Source: Ginglymostoma cirratum (lineage: Eukaryota). From it: DNA of 64,000 nucleotides. The stretch covers positions 14,054,535 through 14,118,534 of the forward strand of contig JAHRHZ010000013.1 of assembly GCA_024137785.1 (NCBI GenBank), in the 5' to 3' direction. The notes under the pieces were generated by a model. The model ran no database searches. It saw only the letters and a program-made list of their open reading frames with translations, and was not told where the DNA came from. Made by a program: the position numbers and the translations under genes. Positions 1 to 13,605 of this stretch are shown piece after piece; position 1 is the stretch's first letter, and every line of letters begins with the position of its first letter.

Positions 1-132
1 TGTTCTGAAGAAGGGTCTAGGCCCAAAACGTCAGCCTTCCTGCTCCTCTCATGCTGCTTTGCCTGCTGTGTTCATCCAGCTCTACACCTTGTTATCTCAG
101 ATTCTCCAGCATCTGCGGTTCCTACTATCTCT
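1..132 (+). mobile_element. Penelope-like terminal repeat fragment with hammerhead-like core (G12 mutated)
   Basis: CTGAAGA-A-GGGTCTAGGCCC-AAAA-CG-TC-AGC followed by the family tail also seen at 4230, 44534, 55507 and 57125. Confidence 0.75.
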
Positions 133-576
133 CAAGCATTTTTAGCCTGTGTGTCTAGACCTGTGGGTTTGTGACTGCCAAAATCTATTGTGCACAACAT
201 TTTAGCAGAACAGGGATAAAGCCCTGATATTGACAGGGAAATAATATCAGAGGAGGCACTGTTTTGCTTTCAGGAAATCTGGAAGAATAGGTTTCTCCCA
301 TACATTTACGAATGTAACAACAGAATCTGATTGAAAATTTCCACATTGATAAATTGACAAATAGTTGATTTTTGATAAAATTGATGTAAGTTGGCTTTAA
401 TTTTGAGACTTTTGGCATTTTTCTTTCTATGCAACTGAAACCCACTTGATTTTTGGGGGGCGGCAGGGATGGCGTTAAAATTACCACCAATAATGCAACA
501 ATTTCAGATGGAACTGAACACAAGGCTTTGGAGTGAAAAGCTTCAAATTATTCATGTTGGTCAAATGTATTCACAG

Positions 577-685
577 AATGAGGTCTCTCTCTTGAAGAAT
601 GAGGTGACACAGCTGAAGCAACTGTTGTTGACGCATAAAGACTGTCCAATCACAACAATGCAAGAGGAGACACAAAGCTACCTGA
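577..685 (+). CDS. CREB5: CREB5 penultimate coding exon (end of bZIP leucine zipper)
   Basis: tcacag acceptor at 571-576 and gtaagt donor at 686. Translates NEVSLLKNEVTQLKQLLLTHKDCPITTMQEETQSYL plus 1 nt, matching the recalled CREB5 sequence NEVSMLKNEVAQLKQLLLTHKDCPITAMQKESQGYL. Confidence 0.95.
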
Positions 686-2974
686 GTAAGTAAAACTCAA
701 CTCATTCAAAAAAAATTGAAGAGAATTTTCAGCTTATGACTGGCACTTAATTTCAGAGTGGCTGATGTACCAATTTCCATTAAAATTGATAAGTGTTATG
801 ATAATCTGCAACATTAGTCCATGCCCCTGTGATAAATTAAATGGTGTGTCTTTGAGTGTTTCAATAATCGAATTATTAAGTACTTTATAAATAACATGAC
901 TGTATATTTTATGCCACATTGGAGTTTTGAGTCACAGTAGAGGTCTGAGTCACATTGCTGAGTTTATCTAGCATTTTCTGTTTTTATTTTAACATCAGTG
1001 GGATGTGTTCCTTGCCAACTATTCAGGTGATGGAGTAGTACACCTCTGCACCCCACTCCTATCTGAACAATCCCTGCTTCACTCTACTAGTGGTTAAAAG
1101 GTATCACACAGCATGGTACTTTTTCTAGCAGGAAGCAAACTCATATCCCTCCTTAAAATAGCCAGGAAACCTGACAAGATCAGAATGGAACTATAAAACA
1201 TCAATACACCCAGCACTTCACAAAGTTCAGGATGTCTGCCATACAGGTATCCCCTCAGTTTAGCCAAACTCCAGGAATTATCCTCAAATTATCCCAATCC
1301 CCAAATATTGTGTAATTCCCAATATCTGTTAACAACAGCCCTTAACTGCCAATGTATTCTTGTGTCTGTACCTTATGGCAAACAACAATAACTTCACAAA
1401 ACATAAGCACATGTTCTGTTTTTCTTAAAGAAGACAAAAATTCATTCACAATGGAAAAACACACAATATGATGTACATAAAGATGAGGTTCCAAGGGAAC
1501 ATGGTGTTTGTTGAATTTGGGATCCTAGTAAATATACTATTCTGTGAATTTGGGAGGTGAATGTAGAAATTTCATCTTTTGTGTCTGTTATCAAGACGAA
1601 TACCACTTTATATAAAAATGTAGCAGGGCAAAATTCTTTAGGCTCCAAAAACAGATGTTGAAACATGATGCACATTTATCCATTGCTTCTGATTATGGCA
1701 GTATACAAACCTCATGCTGCCCAGTCATTTAAATGATTCCTTCCCCTCCTGCTTCCTTATCTTCTTTCTCCACCTTCTCCTTCCTTCCTTCCTTCCTTTC
1801 CCACCTTACTGTGCTCATGGTAACCCCACTTATGTGTTTTTCTCCTTTCAGACATCTAAGTACTTCAATCTTGCTAGGACAGTAGAGTGAGAGAAAGATG
1901 CACAGAAAGACACTAATTTAAAAAAACTGTCATTCACTGTCACCCTGAATTACCAACTTAAAATTCACATTGGTGTTACAGCTTTCTGATAGCATAAAGG
2001 GAATGTACCATCTGCAGTTTAGTCACCACAGTGAACCAGACGACGGCTGGTGGGCAATAAGAACATTTAGAGATAGGATCTGCCAATGGCATCCACTGGC
2101 AGGACAGTGGTTAGTGCTCATGATCCTGGAAAAGTCAAGCACTGACTCGGCAAAGGGCTTTGTCTGGAGCTCGGAGTCTGTCCGTCCTCTCCAGAGTGAA
2201 AGTAGAGTGTGCTCCATGAGAACCTTTGTTGAACCATCCATGGTGGGGCCAATCTCTTGGCGTCCAGCACAGCACAAGCAGAAGGCATCCAATGTCTGTG
2301 TGTTTCATTGGAAGTTCAATCTGCTTTCACGCCAACTGAACTTGCAGTCATCCAGGTTCACGTTGCAACACCTTCTATAGATACCAAAGTTCAAATGTCT
2401 TGTGGGGGTATCACAGCAATCTAAAATCCAGTCCACCAACTCGTTACTGTTACGTCCTGAGAGACTGCTCCAGGCAGTGGCACTTGTACTGTGCAGCATG
2501 AACAGTTCTCTCTAGGGAAGACTGCATTCATCCTTTCACCACTCTCACTTTGCCACTGCCCTTGCTGTTGCCTATCCTCCTGCCATTTCCTCCAGCTTTC
2601 CACCAGCTATATTGCAGCCACAGAATTAGCACTGTGTACGATAAACAAAGACACATGGAAGACAGACAATAAATAAATAAATGGAAGAGCTAGTTAAACT
2701 TTTGAATGAAATCTAGGATTAATTGCGTTCTCAGTTTGGAATGTCTCTTTTGTGGTGGCTTCTTCTATCCTGTTGTCAAGTGGACACTGTAATGTTCAAC
2801 CGGAGTGGGAAAGTAAGGCGTGGGATTGTAAGTGAATGAGGTACTGCTGACCGAGAAGTCATTTCTGGACAGCCCAGTCAGAAAGGGAATATTCAGGTTT
2901 CTTCCTCCCTTTGCCCCCACTTCTCTTATTCAACATGTCACTGTCTGTCCAATGAAAAAAGATCAAGCTCTAAT

Positions 2975-3640
2975 AATGGTAAGGTTGTGCAGCTTACAGA
3001 AGATAACAACAAATCTTGACACCCCTGCTGACAAGTACTGCAGAGCTCCTCTGGAGGACTTCAGGTGGAGGAAGAAATTTAAATCAACCCACTGGATTGT
3101 TCAATCACATTTTATAGGAGAGCGTAGTTTTCATGATTGGCAGGTAGCCCTTATTGCCCAATAGCCACCCTCTAGTTGTTGTTATGGCTGAAGTGGCAGA
3201 TGATAAGGAAACCTGTTGAAGAATGAAGGCATCCTGAGTTCTGCCAGAATGCTGAGCATTGACCTGTATATGCTAAATCTGACACCAGACGACTAAAGGA
3301 GTGGAATCTCTTCCAGTAGCAGTACATCTCAAAATTAACATGTGGTGTCTGCAAAATGATATGTTTGCAGTCAGTGGCACCTTACATCATGGGAACCTGC
3401 AATAAAATTGTGCATTCCATCTGTTTCTGTCTAGGCAGAGAGAATGAAATGCATTCAGTTCTCTTTGTGTACAGGACCTTTGTGACTTCTCTTATATAAC
3501 GGTAAATGGCAAAGTGGGAGATATTGTAATTATCTCCTGTTCCTGCCTAAAAGGAGCCCAGTGCTTTAAAGTTGATACCCATTGATAATGGCATCCCTTG
3601 TCCTACCCTAAAGCTCCAGTGGCAGACCTTCGAGTATCTC
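2975..3640 (-). mobile_element. PIF/Harbinger transposase (HARBI1-like) relic
   Basis: Minus-strand motifs in the expected order: ISHFAIYRYIREVTKVL (~3473-3523), DCKHI (3358-3372), KRFHS (~3298-3312), DAFIL (3219-3233), GWLLGNKGYL (3141-3170), LHNL (2981-2992). Frameshifted, with stops. Confidence 0.8.
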
Positions 3641-4229
3641 CTTAGTTAATCTCTGAGGCATTGTTTCTTGCTAAAGTTGAGGTAGGAGTTCGAAGAATGG
3701 CTTCATGAGGATCTTTGAATGAATGGGCCTCCTGGTGAGATCTCTCTTCCCTTATTCCTCCTTCGTCTTTGAGAATGTTCTCCTCAATGTCACTTATGCC
3801 TAATGTCATACCGCAGGCCTAGGGAGGGTGCAAACTCCTGCACCATTGTCTGGAAGCAAGTGGTCTAAACAGAATTCTTGAAATCAGTCCCTAATACTTT
3901 AGAACCTGCCACTTCTCCACTGGTGGACTTTATCAACTTTAAATAGTGTTACAAACACCACAGACTTCTACAAACCCAGTGATAGCCAATGGAGATCAGT
4001 CAGCAGCCAACCTGAAGGTAGATCATTTCAGATAGAGCTGATGACGATCCTTCCTGATGCAGAATGCATATTTAGCTGTCTGTAAAATAAGAAAGGGCAC
4101 AACTGGAGTGTTCAGTTCCACAATAGCAGAGCTGACATCAACTCAGCTGGCTCATTTCTTCCTTGCTTATGCAGGACACAAGATGCTTTCTGGTGTTGCT
4201 CGGAGGAGGATAGACTGATGAGAGGCTGA

Positions 4230-4314
4230 TCTAGGCCCGAAACATCAGCCTTGCTGTTCCTTTGATACTGCTTGGCCTGCTGTGTTCATCCAGCTCTACA
4301 CCTTGTTATCTCAG
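4230..4314 (+). mobile_element. Penelope-like terminal repeat fragment
   Basis: ctaggcccgaaacatcagcc...ttcatccagctctacaccttgttatctcag, same family as 1-132; CTGAAGA box missing. Confidence 0.7.
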
Positions 4315-5409
4315 AGGCCAATAACTGTCCATTTAAGGGCATCAAGCAGCTACTGCTGCTAATAACCAAGTGGTGCACATGGGTACTCCAAGTGCCGATC
4401 ATGACAAGGAAACCCCGGTGATGTTACTTGCAGGATCCTATGGGGGGAGGTTTCTGTGCAAAGGTACTTGATGCCGGATCAAACGATCTTGCTGTGGGAA
4501 ATGGAAGTGCCCACGAAAGTACCCTCCTTCCTTTCTGCCAATTTTCCTTCACAACTCCCTCACTTGCACCCTCTGCCCTGTGATGGCTTTTCCAGCAGCA
4601 CCCACCTTCGGCTGGATCCTTTCCCAATCTGAACCTCAAGTGAAGCTTAGTACTGGAAGCAGACACCTACTCTGCTGAGTACACAAAGCTTGCTGGCTCT
4701 ACATTGATTGGTGCTCTCAACAAGCAGGGCATTCGCCTCAGGGTCCTTGATTCTAGGGAAAATCTACCACTGGCCTATTAAGTGCCTGAGTGGCAAATAA
4801 TCCTGTGAGATTTATCAAAAAGATGCATTACAGGAATCACTCAGTCTCTCCAGCCAGTGTCTAAGACCACTGTCACCTCTGCAAGATTCTCAACTTTATT
4901 TCTAAACGAAAATGGCACCCATAGCGATAAAAATAAGGGAGCTATCCAAACAAATGTTTGCAGCCACAATGCACAATAAGTTGAAGAGCCTTTGAAAAAA
5001 CATAATTGGTTAGCGTTTTTGGTTCAATCTTTTGGGTGACGAATCATATCAGAAATGTTAACCTACTTCCCTTTTAACCTTTGATCAGCATGCTCTATAT
5101 TTACAGTGTTTCATTTCAGCTTTCCAGGACACATCTGGCATTTCTTCCCGTTCTGTCAGTACACGTGAAGTAATGGCTGTTTTAAATTCAGTAGGAAATG
5201 TTACTTTCAGCTCAGCGAGGCATTTTGCAAAAGGAAAGTAATTTTAAAAGAATATACAGGTGGAATATAGTTTAGCACATTCTATTTTGTGCCATACACT
5301 CTTCAAGCTGACCAGTTTGAAGCATGTTGTTTGAAAAAAGAAGTGTTTTGAAAATCCTTTCAAACCATGTCTTGACCAACATTAATTCTGAGTGTTATTT
5401 TTTTCCCAG

Positions 5410-5573
5410 GTCCTGAGAACAGTCAGCCGGGAAGTCCCATCCCTGCTTGCTCTCAACAGCAAGTCATCCAGCACAATTCAATTAGCACTTCGACTGCTGT
5501 CAATGAGGTTGTAGGGAGCTCCACTCTCACCCAGCTCACCAATCAGAGAACAGACCTGAACCCCATCCTCTAA
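5410..5573 (+). CDS. CREB5: CREB5 terminal coding exon
   Basis: Translates (S)PENSQPGSPIPACSQQQVIQHNSISTSTAVNEVVGSSTLTQLTNQRTDLNPIL*, matching the CREB5-specific C-terminus ending RTDLNPIL; TAA at 5571-5573. Not listed in the ORF track. Confidence 0.95.
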
Positions 5574-8500
5574 ATACTGTCTTTCATCAGGAATGTGCTG
5601 GCAGAGAAAATAAAATCTTTTATTCCATTCAGGACTTTTGGAACAACAACGTAACCTTGGAATTAGATATAATTTTGAAAAAAAAAGACAAATTGCTTTT
5701 CATTTTAATAGTTATCAAAATGCTCTTTTTTTTACTTTAGTTATGAAAAAGGGAAATATGCAATTAACGTGCTAATAGCTTGGGAATGCTTTGATGCTTT
5801 TCTCATAACTTGCTGGTACCAATTTGAAGGTTCTGCTAAAAAAATTTTTTGAACTTTTTGAATTTTATTACAATATATTTGTATATAGTCTTCATCTATT
5901 ATCACCGGCAAGATTTAGCAATCTAACATGATTTGCAAATTAGCAACTACATTGAGGCACCAAACAGTATGGCCACCACTAAAGGGAAGCCTCCAAAGTA
6001 TACTATGGACATATCCCATAATGCAGCCTCTGTTTCTTAAAATTGTTTATTTGCACTGAAAATCAAACTTTATGAATTGAGATTAAAGATGAGTTAATAT
6101 GATCAGCACAACATATTGAAATTTCCATTATTTCAATATTAAGAAACAAGATATCATCTGAACTCCCTTCTCAATATGAGCCATTATGATGACTAAATTA
6201 TAAATTGTAATTTTCATGGTCTACGTCATATCTTAGTCTATTTTTCAGACATAATTCCTCCATTTATATGAGTTCTTGTTTATCTAGCATCATCTTTTAA
6301 GATTCGCAGTAAGAATGATCAAGTAAGCATCTCCACATGGTGTTTAGTTACATCTTGTTGACATTAGCCTCATAGATCAGACTTGCAGGCTACAACTATA
6401 GTGATTACACAATCACTAGTTTGTCTGAGCAAAATCTGCTGCCTAAATCTTTCTGATATGTATTTTGGTAAGAGAATAGGGAAAGAAAGTCCCAGTTATG
6501 TCATGAATCTGTTTTTCTATCAAACTGAAAAACTATGTACAAAGCCAACTATTTACAATTCTTCTTAAACCATCGCTATTTATTTGAAGCAGCACGAAAC
6601 AATTCAAAATAGTTATAATGTCTTGAAAAGTGTTAATGCTTTTTGAGGCTAAAGCCTGGTAACTGAGAATTTTAAAGTAATTTGTACATGTTGGTATTTA
6701 GTTATTACTCAAAAAACAGTCAGAGCAGAGGTATTTCAACAATATTAATAGTTCAGTGAATTGGATGATGAAATGCACCTTTAATTCAATCTTTATTTAT
6801 TAATGGAAGCCACAGCTCATTAATGTTAAATTTGCCTTGACTGCCTCAATAATAATAAACTTTATCACATGAAAGCTGGACCCACCTTCTATTGCCTAAC
6901 CTAGAGCAACAATGTGAGTGATTTAAATCTCATTTTAGAAATTCTTTGGAAATGGACTCATTATGGCACAACATTGAATGAACGGTAGTTGATTCCGCAG
7001 TCATGCACTCATGCCAAGGAACCACACTTGCAGGTAGTGCAGTTCAGAAAATAGTGGGTCTACAGCCCTGGCTGTGGAACCTTACTTGCACTTAATGTAG
7101 GTGCCACTTCTTATTGGGAGGGGACAATCATGGCAATCATTTTTAAATCTAGAGCGGGCAGGCACGTAGGAGGGGTTTGTTGTATTGGCCAAAAGTATTT
7201 ACAACTCCACCAAGGACATTTTGTATCCCATGCCTCATTTAAATTAAGTCATCCACTTTTTGCTGAGCTCAGCAGGTACCTCATCTCCCACCAAAACTGG
7301 CAGAGTGACAGAGGTACAGGAGGGAACAGAAAATGAAGTGGAACTGTTCCATTTAAACTCCTCTGCTGCTCTATGACCATAAAACAGAGCAAGTTAAATT
7401 TCCCCATGCAATTCATCCCATCCTCCCTCCGTAACATTTTGATGAGTGTACTGTGTCTCTGGAGGATGGACATCAGCCCTTTAGCCTTTTTCTGTCCTTT
7501 AGCCTTTTTCTATTGACCTTCTTATTTTGTGAAAAAAAAGCCATCTCCATATTTGGTGAAAATTATCACAATGCCAAATAGTGAAAGATCAAGTCTGGAA
7601 AGTTAAAATTTAGGCACCAATTTGTATTTGTTACTTTTCAGCTATCTTACAGCAAATGCTCAAGTATAAGTAGTGTGTTTTCATAAGATCAGAGTAAAAT
7701 GTCCATTTCTTGGCATTTGAATTAACATTGTAAACCAAGAGACTCATATGAGCCCACAATGCAAATATCCACCCATTCCCTACAGGGAAGAAAAGAACTT
7801 CACACATGCACTGAACTCGTAATTTAATATCCATCTGTCACATGGAGTGAATTAGGCTAAACCCAATTGCAAACCCTTTGGGATTGGATTCCATTAAATG
7901 ATCCTGATCCAAACATAACACAACCTCTTAGGGAAGGGGTGAGGTTTTGCTACAAATTTAGTGTTAACGTAGTATATTACTGAAAAATTTTAAAGCTCTG
8001 AAGCACTGGAAAGTAACTTACCCAAAACACTATGTGCTATAATCTTTCTCTAAGGCCTATTCTTATTTTTAAAAAGCTAATGCTTTTAAAGAATTTTGCA
8101 GATGATCACACTGGAAATTGATCCTTCCAATCCAAGATTAGATTCACCCTTAACAGTTTAAAATCAGATTTCTTCTCTGTGAAGAAGAGACATTTGAAAA
8201 GATCAGAGGCATTATCACACTGAAGTGAGTGATACACTGGACATATGACAAAAGAACCACCTACCTATTTGAATAATTCACTATCCAAAGGAGAAAACAA
8301 AATCATATTTTCATTTTTGGATTATTGACTTTGTTTTCAAACTTAATAAAGTATAACTTCTAAATGAAAATACTGTGATTAGCAAGCAGGAAACAGAGAC
8401 AGGACAAGATGCTAACTATTAACTGTTAGCAGTTGGCAACATTTCTAGAGGCAAATGGGGACATCAATACCATCTTTTAAAGGCCATACACAAGTTACGG

Positions 8501-11500
8501 ATCTTTCATAGTGGAGCAAAGCCCAAAATATTTAACCCCAGATTGTTTGAGACGTTTTAAAAGGGTGAATCAAATGTCAAAAGTGCTTATAATCGAGTTA
8601 CATATCACTTGTGACCCTAGAGGTTGAGTTTGGTCTTTAGCTTCTCATGTGTATGTCTGAACCATTTAATACAAGGCTGCTCTGCACCCTAAGCGGATTA
8701 CTATTTCAGTAAAATGCTTGGAATGGGTAAATGTAATCTGTCCTGTCAAGTCCTTTCCTCCCACAGACCATGAACAATCCACTTTGACAGGACTGTGCAG
8801 CTCCATTAAATGATCTAAGAAAATACTATATGAAACTTCTGTCAGCTGCAGGTCTCTTAAAACTAAATAATGGCCAGAAATTGGCCTGGGCCTTATTTCA
8901 ACTAACATATCCCTGAACTGAAGGCCTGAAGATCAATAGGATTAGTCCTTGGGCGTCATCAGTGTTCTCATATAAACTGCTAACTCTGGTTGTGATTTCA
9001 TTGGCAGCAACCTTTAGATAATTTCCCAATGCCTGCATCTTTCGTTGCTAATTAATTCCTTGTTGGGGTTTTTCAACAGGTGTTAGATCCACTTTGCAAT
9101 TTTAAATTACTCAATCTCTGTTCTTAGGTATTTGATCTCTGTGTCTATAAAAGTAGTCCCACAAATTTGTGATTGCATACCAATGTCTACCCAAATATAT
9201 CTAGGCCCACAGGGAATGGAAGAAAGAGTGTTAGTGTGATGAAATTAATTTGGATTTTTGGTGCACGCATCAATGAAAATCAGCACAACTTTAATGGATA
9301 GATATCTATCAGGAGTTATAACTTGTCTTCTGAACTTGTATAAAAAAATGTCTTTCTATGTTTGCAGACAATCTCCGGCTAAGCTACTTTAGAAAACTAT
9401 GCCCATCTCTATCTTGCATTACGCAAAGCCATTAAGAATATTTTGCAGTTGATGTGATCTATGTCCCTCTTGAAAAATGACAGCCTTAAATAAATTCAAG
9501 GGTACAGAGTATGCTATTACTAAAAGCTATTGTTCTTCCTGTGAAAGCAATGGCAAACACAACTATACAAAAGAAAAGGAACTAAGTATTTTATATTGGA
9601 AACATTTACCAGGTACTGGCCATCCCCTTTAATATAATCAACAAAGTCAATCTGTGGATAAATGAATAGCTTATAATGTTACAATAATATAATCAACTAG
9701 AATTTCAGAAGACATCTTCAAAGTTAGAATCAACTAGTATTAAATTTAAGAGTGGTTTTAAATGTAACTTTTGCCATTGAATTAATTTTACTATCAGCAA
9801 CATCTTGTCCTCATTAAATATCAAAGCTGCATTAATTGGATTTTACCCCAAGTATGATTGATTCTTTGCATCACATTACCTTCATAAACGAATCATTATT
9901 CATGTGGCATATTGAACTATAACAAAGTTTGTTTACTTCCTTGTACAAATACTGCCCGAAGGGGTTGTGTCCAGGTTTCAAACAAAAATCTGTCAACTTA
10001 AACAGAATTCAAAGAGAAACAAGTTCTTTATGTCTGTGCAGCTTTTTACTGAGTTAAATTTTCCCCTGACTTTTTTTTTGCTGTTACTTTTAATAATTAA
10101 GCATGTTTAACTATTTTCTTGTTATCTTCTTCAGTCTAGATTATCTGTCATCCATCATTCTAAGTGCCACATGTGACAATTGTTCTTCTGAATTTGTAAC
10201 TGATTTTAATCTATTGGAAGAGAAGGCATGCATTATTGATGTTTAATATTATTGGACAAAATGGTTTGATAATAAGCTAAGACAATGAGCATACTGTGCT
10301 CAACTTAACATGAATTGTATTTGTGCACTTTTTTTTGTTTCGTGTATAATAATGATGATGGACCTGTAACTTAAATCTCACCCTTCAAGGATCTACAACT
10401 GATACACTGGGATTCAACCTACCTGTTTTTGGTTGCACTAATGTACCCAAACTAAATTGCACAGTATTCAGCAAACTGAGACCACCTCATTGCACATCTA
10501 CATTACGGAACAATTGTTTACGCTGCTTCACATCTAAATTCCTATTGTAATAATCTTTCGCAGTGCATTATTGTAACTGCACAAATTAACCCTGAACACA
10601 TTCCTCTATTTGTAAAACATAGTTTATAGGGTCACAATTATAAAATAATTGTTTCCCTACAATTGTGGGTATAATTCGAAAATGAAAAGATGGAACAGGG
10701 ATCAGAGGGAATTTGTGCATTTTTGTTGTAGACAAATGCTTTGTTTGAAGGCTACATTTCTGAAAGTGAGTACAACCACAGACCATGATAAACTCAAAAA
10801 TTATGGACAAAACTATATTGGATTCTAATGAAACAGAGACAGGATCAAGAACAAACTTTAATTCATCCAATGCAAGAATTGCTTTAGTTATGAACATGAT
10901 TTCATAACAATTTAGTGCAGCAAGGAACAAATCAATTTCTTAGTTACTTAGTTTCAGTATAATTTCATTTTAAACCACAAAACCACGTTCTACTTTGTAG
11001 CACAGATGTTAGCTAATACAAAACATTTTCTGTAATATCATATTTCGCCTATTTCAGAACAAAATCTGAAAACGTGGTGTGCATCAGATAATGTTCAGTC
11101 ATAATGTTATCATCACATTGTAAATACAGATTGCTCCTCATCTGCAGGTGTGTCTATGATATTCATAAAACACCAATACTAATTGGGAGTCTTAGCATCT
11201 TCAATACTTTTTGATAAGCCATCAGTTTATGCAAAACAAAATATGGAATATAAATTGTGAACTCTCATTCACTGTTAGGGACCAAATAAAAATTAGTCAA
11301 GGTAGTCACAGTTTATGATGATGTTGTTATGAGGTGCTATCTGAATGTGTACAGTAGTTAACATTCCACAGAAATTTGATTTAAGATTTTGAGCTTTAAG
11401 ATTTTTTTAAACTGTGATTTGTTGAGAGAACTATTATTTGACCCTCTTGCTAACTTTCTCAAGCAAGATTATCCATTTTCTTTTAAAATAATTTTTGACT

Positions 11501-12795
11501 AACGTCTAATACCAGCCATAAAATGGATCAGTTTTGGTCCAAGAGATGTTTTGCTCTAAGTGCAATGATAAAAATCCACATCCCATGTTTTGGAATTCAT
11601 CAAGTTTTTGTATTCTTAAGTAAGAATTGTCTAATGGATTCCCACGTTGTAGAAAGCATTTAATTGAAAGCACTATGAGCACAATTATGTTAGATATAGA
11701 CGTTTAGAAATAGAAAAGATGTTCTCTTTTTGTGTTGAACAATCGTAATCAGCTTTCCATAATGTTTTCTTGGAATGGTTATTACTAGAAAGCTTGACAA
11801 AAATGTATCAGTGTGGAGAAGTGATATATTTTCATTGCTTGTGGAAGATTTGAAGCATTATTAGAGGCATGCGGGCACTTTAGGGAACATAGAGGTTTCA
11901 CGTCACAAGCTCTGTTTTGGAGACACTTTCCTGAATCATACCTACAAGTTCCTCAATCCTGCCATAAAGGTAGTTAAACAATTGCCACCATTGTTTTTTT
12001 TAAAAAATGCAGATACTTGGTTGTAAGTAGTAAGAGAACAGTGCAATTTTAAAATTTTCTTGTTAAAGTGGCGTTTCACCTTTATCAAAAAGCACTGTGA
12101 GAGGTGGACCACCCCACTCTAGTAGCTCAGCTAATTGGAATCAATGATGTGTAATAGCATTGTGCTTCGAAAAAGAAATGCATCGAAACCTATTTTTTCT
12201 GAAGTCACATCACTGCACCTGAATACACTTTAAAAATCACAGAATTAAATTGGACCATGTGTTTGGAGTCAAACTTGTGAAATAACAGCTTAATCTCTGA
12301 ACACATCAGCTAATCATGGAGACAGTATACCTTTTAACCCATCTGGGATACATTTCAAATACATAAATGTGGATCCACATGCTATTGAAGCTGCTTCCAC
12401 TTTTTCAGAATGTCCCATACTGTTTGTTCAACAATTCAGTTCAACTGCTTCAAACTATTCAAACAATATTGTGACAAAATACATTCTGTCTATGCCAGCA
12501 ATTTGCATTCTGTCTCTTTAAGCTTTGGTACTCATTGGTATCACAGTGTGGACAACATTCATCTTGTTTCCTTCTGAAGATGTTTGTTAACCACTTTCCT
12601 TGGTACAAGGAATAAATATTTGGTACATACTTGTAAATACTTGTTTTACAGCACTTATTTTTTTGTTATTGTATTTTGAGCTTATGCTTCATGAGCATAT
12701 TCATCATTGCAAGTAATGACGATTAAATCTGTTGAGCTAGATTAAAATTTTACATTTGAATATTGCTGAATAAAGAGACGTGTTGCTCATATTGC
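5574..12795 (+). other. CREB5: Inferred long CREB5 3' UTR
   Basis: AU-rich with no recognisable TE for ~7 kb. Contains TGTANATA elements and ends in U-rich tracts with AATAAA at 12611 and 12769, just before TE sequence resumes. The end point is inferred. Confidence 0.55.
12769..12774 (+). promoter_or_regulatory. Candidate distal polyadenylation signal (alternative at 12611-12616)
   Basis: AATAAA preceded by TGTA/U-rich elements and followed by a short GU-rich gtgttg. Confidence 0.5.
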
Positions 12796-13605
12796 ATGAA
12801 TCAAGACAGCTGAATGAATGCCAAATTTCAAACAATTGCAACAAAGGACACTACAGTAGAAAAGGGTGCTAATTCGACAAGTGAGGTCTGATTGGCCAAG
12901 GCTTTGCCTTGCAGAGAGCAATGATAAACAATAGGCACTCCAGCTCCCAGATAATACAAATAAGGCTCAAGGCTTGAATATATTTCTCTGGTTTGCACTT
13001 ATCAGCTACTATATATGAATTTATGTTGCTTCTAGCAAGCAAAAATGAGCCACAAATTAAATCAGTTGTTAATGTAGCTCTTAGTATGCTCAGAATTGTT
13101 CAGCCAGTGTATCTGAATTGCAAAATCACAGCTAACAGTTAATGTTTTGTTTTGGGTTTTGGAAAAATGAGCTGGTTAACTACATTTTGAACTCTGTCTA
13201 TTATGAACAACCAAAGATGGCCATGCAAGTGCTTTTTTTCCACCAGTAGAATGCTGTCATTTTTCCTGAAAGACTTTTTGCCTACCTCACAATTGAGCAA
13301 CAGTATATATGAATTTAAGTACCAGTGTAATGCTAGGTACTTAGGTCGTATGCCCTATTGATTGGCTGAGCAAATGAAACAGTGTGTTCCTCTGAATGCC
13401 CATGTTAAACAAAGTACTGAATATACATGACTAATCTGTGCTTGTAAACCCTAAAGCAAAATGTTTCTTGTTAGATGTGATTCCATGATTGGGCAGCACT
13501 TGCAGAATAATTCTGAATATTACTGTTAGAAGCGTACAAGATTGAAAGCTTCAGCAACCTGTCTGTCTTTTCAGCAATATTCAAGTTCTGTACTACCAAG
13601 TGACA
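12780..13605. mobile_element. Penelope-like element relic with GIY-YIG endonuclease region in two inverted halves
   Basis: Plus strand ~13247-13390 reads RMLSFFLKDFLPTSQLSNSIYEFKYQCNARYLGR...MKQCVP, then CDSMIGQHLQNNSE. Minus strand 12960-13135 reads CDFAIQIHWLNNSEHTKSY...LEAT..IH, the overlapping and following part of the same domain. Confidence 0.7.

Larger units (their letters stand above)
1960..4895 (-). mobile_element. Probable full extent of decayed Harbinger element in the CREB5 intron
   Basis: Higher-GC block around the transposase relic; 2000-2640 may be the accessory Myb/SANT ORF relic. Termini not resolved. Confidence 0.4.
686..5409 (+). other. CREB5: CREB5 last intron (phase 1, GT-AG)
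   Basis: gtaagt donor and polypyrimidine tract ttttttcccag acceptor; the joined A+GT codon gives Ser and keeps the frame. Confidence 0.92.

Noticed and set aside
469-693. 74-aa ORF as a standalone gene
   Set aside because: Only 577-685 is exonic CREB5; the upstream part is intron read-through.
7476-7512. Short tandem duplication cctttagcctttttct in the UTR
   Set aside because: Ordinary slippage duplication with no sign of function.
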